Below, piece by piece: positions 62,653 to 64,000 of a stretch of DNA of 64,000 nt; the first letter of the stretch is position 1, and every line of letters starts with the position of its first letter. The translations under genes were made by a program, and so were the position numbers. The notes under the pieces are model-generated. The model did no database searches and was not told where the DNA came from. It saw only the letters and a program-made list of their open reading frames with translations. The stretch is from an uncultured delta proteobacterium (GTDB lineage Bacteria; Myxococcota_A; Polyangia; Polyangiales; JAFGIB01): contig CAVZVA010000010.1 in the NCBI GenBank assembly GCA_963778655.1, positions 128,001-192,000 on the forward strand. Direction: 5' to 3'.

Positions 62653-63333
62653 CTACTCGGGGCGACGCTCGAGCGCGTGCTCGAGCTCGATGATCGAGAT
62701 GAGCGTGAGGTCGGGTACCTCATCGGGTCCGCGCGCAACCTGGTGGCGGGCGAAGCCTTGCAGGACGCGCACCGTGCTCCAGCCCAAACGCTTGGCGGGC
62801 GCGATGTCGTTCTCCAGGCGATCGCCGATCATGGTCGCGTCCGCCGGCGAGCAGCCGGCAGTCCGGGCTGCCTGCTGGAAGATGCGTGGGTCGGGCTTCG
62901 CGATCCCGAGTTCGGCGGAGGCTGCGACCACTGAGAAGGCATCGCGGATGCCGAGTCGTCGCAACCGCTCCTCGGTCCCAGTCGATTGGTTCGCGATCAC
63001 GCCCAGCCGATGCGACTTGCTGAGCCGCCCGAGCAGGGCCTCGACGCCAGGGTAGAGGCGCTCGCGGCCGTGGTCGTAGGCGATGTCGCGCCGGATCGCT
63101 TGCACCAACGCCTCGGGGAGACCGAGGCGCGACGTGATCGTGGCGAAGAAGGGGCTGGCCGCGAAGTCGGTCGCTGCGCGCTCCAAGAGCTGCCACAGCT
63201 CATCGACCGCGCAATGAACGCCGTGCCCTTCGAGCAGTTCGACGGTGAGCTGGCAGCGCGCGCGGTGGGCATTGGTTTCGTCGATCAGCGTCCAGCCCAG
63301 ATCGAAGAAGAGCCACTTTGTAGCATCGGTCAT
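62653..63333 (-). CDS. HAD-superfamily hydrolase
   Basis: FFDLGWTLID, IANQ, KPDPRIF, GDRLENDI. Confidence 0.92.
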   Translation of the reverse strand: MTDATKWLFFDLGWTLIDETNAHRARCQLTVELLEGHGVHCAVDELWQLLERAATDFAASPFFATITSRLGLPEALVQAIRRDIAYDHGRERLYPGVEALLGRLSKSHRLGVIANQSTGTEERLRRLGIRDAFSVVAASAELGIAKPDPRIFQQAARTAGCSPADATMIGDRLENDIAPAKRLGWSTVRVLQGFARHQVARGPDEVPDLTLISIIELEHALERRPE

Positions 63334-63715
63334 GCGGGCCGGTGCCTCCGACGCTTCACGCCAAGGAGCGGGTGGCTACCATGAAGCACCTGCCCAGTCT
63401 GCCAGCGCCCCGGCGCCGCGTCATTCGCCGACCTCGGTTGCCAGCGCGCCGGCAGCTCCGACAGCTGGGAACTCATGACCAACCGCTTCGAGTGAACCCA
63501 AGAGACCGAGCGGCGGCCTCGAGAGCTGGTGGCGGCGTCCGAGCACGAGGACCGCGTGTCGAGGCGCCTACATTTCCGCGTCCTTCATCTCGCGCCGCTT
63601 CTTCAACCAGGCGTGAACGAGGGCTCCCGCGACCATGAGAGCCGGAACCAACAGCATGCCGGTCTGGACCCCGCGGAGATCGATCGGCACTCCAAGCTCG
63701 TTCAGGGGCTTCACC

Positions 63716-64000
63716 GAGGTAGCAGTTGCCAGCCAGATCCATGAAGGCAACACGCTCGCGTTCGAGTAGGTCCCCGAGCTCACGCCCAACCGACGGCGCG
63801 AGCAGCAACAGGCGCGCTCGATCGCGAGCGCGCGCCGAGGCACGAAGCGAGAGGAGCTGCTCTGCCATGGCAGGAGACCAATGGCTCTTCTTCACTTCGG
63901 CCAACAGCCGCTGTTTGCCAGACTCGGTACGAAGCTCCAGCTCGTAGTCGAAGACCTGATCCACCTCGGACCGCATCACGCGAACGTCTCGCACGAACGG
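63716..64000 (-). pseudogene. Second AbiEi copy, 3'-truncated (continues past the window edge)
   Basis: Matches 60722-61006 with no mismatch seen; breaks after GNCYL. Confidence 0.88.

Overview
High-GC DNA that looks myxobacterial (Myxococcota/Polyangia-like; inferred from Gly-rich lipoproteins, a vWA lipoprotein, a Cys-rich FGE-sulfatase lipoprotein and an ECF42-DGPF locus). Intact metabolic and secreted-protein genes alternate with many truncated or internally deleted genes and mobile-element remnants. No intact rRNA, tRNA or CRISPR array was seen. The main unexplained structure is a set of five co-oriented copies (full or half) of the 3' part of tRNA-Gly(GCC), running from the anticodon loop to the acceptor end, at 1224, 38466, 46573, 58889 and 61370. 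Three are preceded by only the C-terminal tail of a tyrosine integrase, several carry arm-type tandem repeats, and four sit beside toxin-antitoxin cargo (small protein + nucleotidyltransferase twice, HicBA, AbiEi/AbiEii). One unit is a 2,481-bp AbiE cassette between 47-bp perfect direct repeats. Two half-sites appear to be one att site split by an 8,095-bp insertion at the T-loop. This suggests an integrase-less, tRNA-att-delimited cassette system. A second highlight is two internally deleted group II introns, each starting at the first base after a 28-bp dif/Xer-like site. Also present: a RAYT-like remnant with inverted repeats and tandem duplications, a CTAG-flanked MITE, a solitary integron attC behind a GNAT cassette, a catalytically degenerate tyrosine-recombinase-like ORF, an intact DDE transposase and unusual repeat proteins. 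All calls are by eye, with no database searches; assembly chimerism cannot be excluded.
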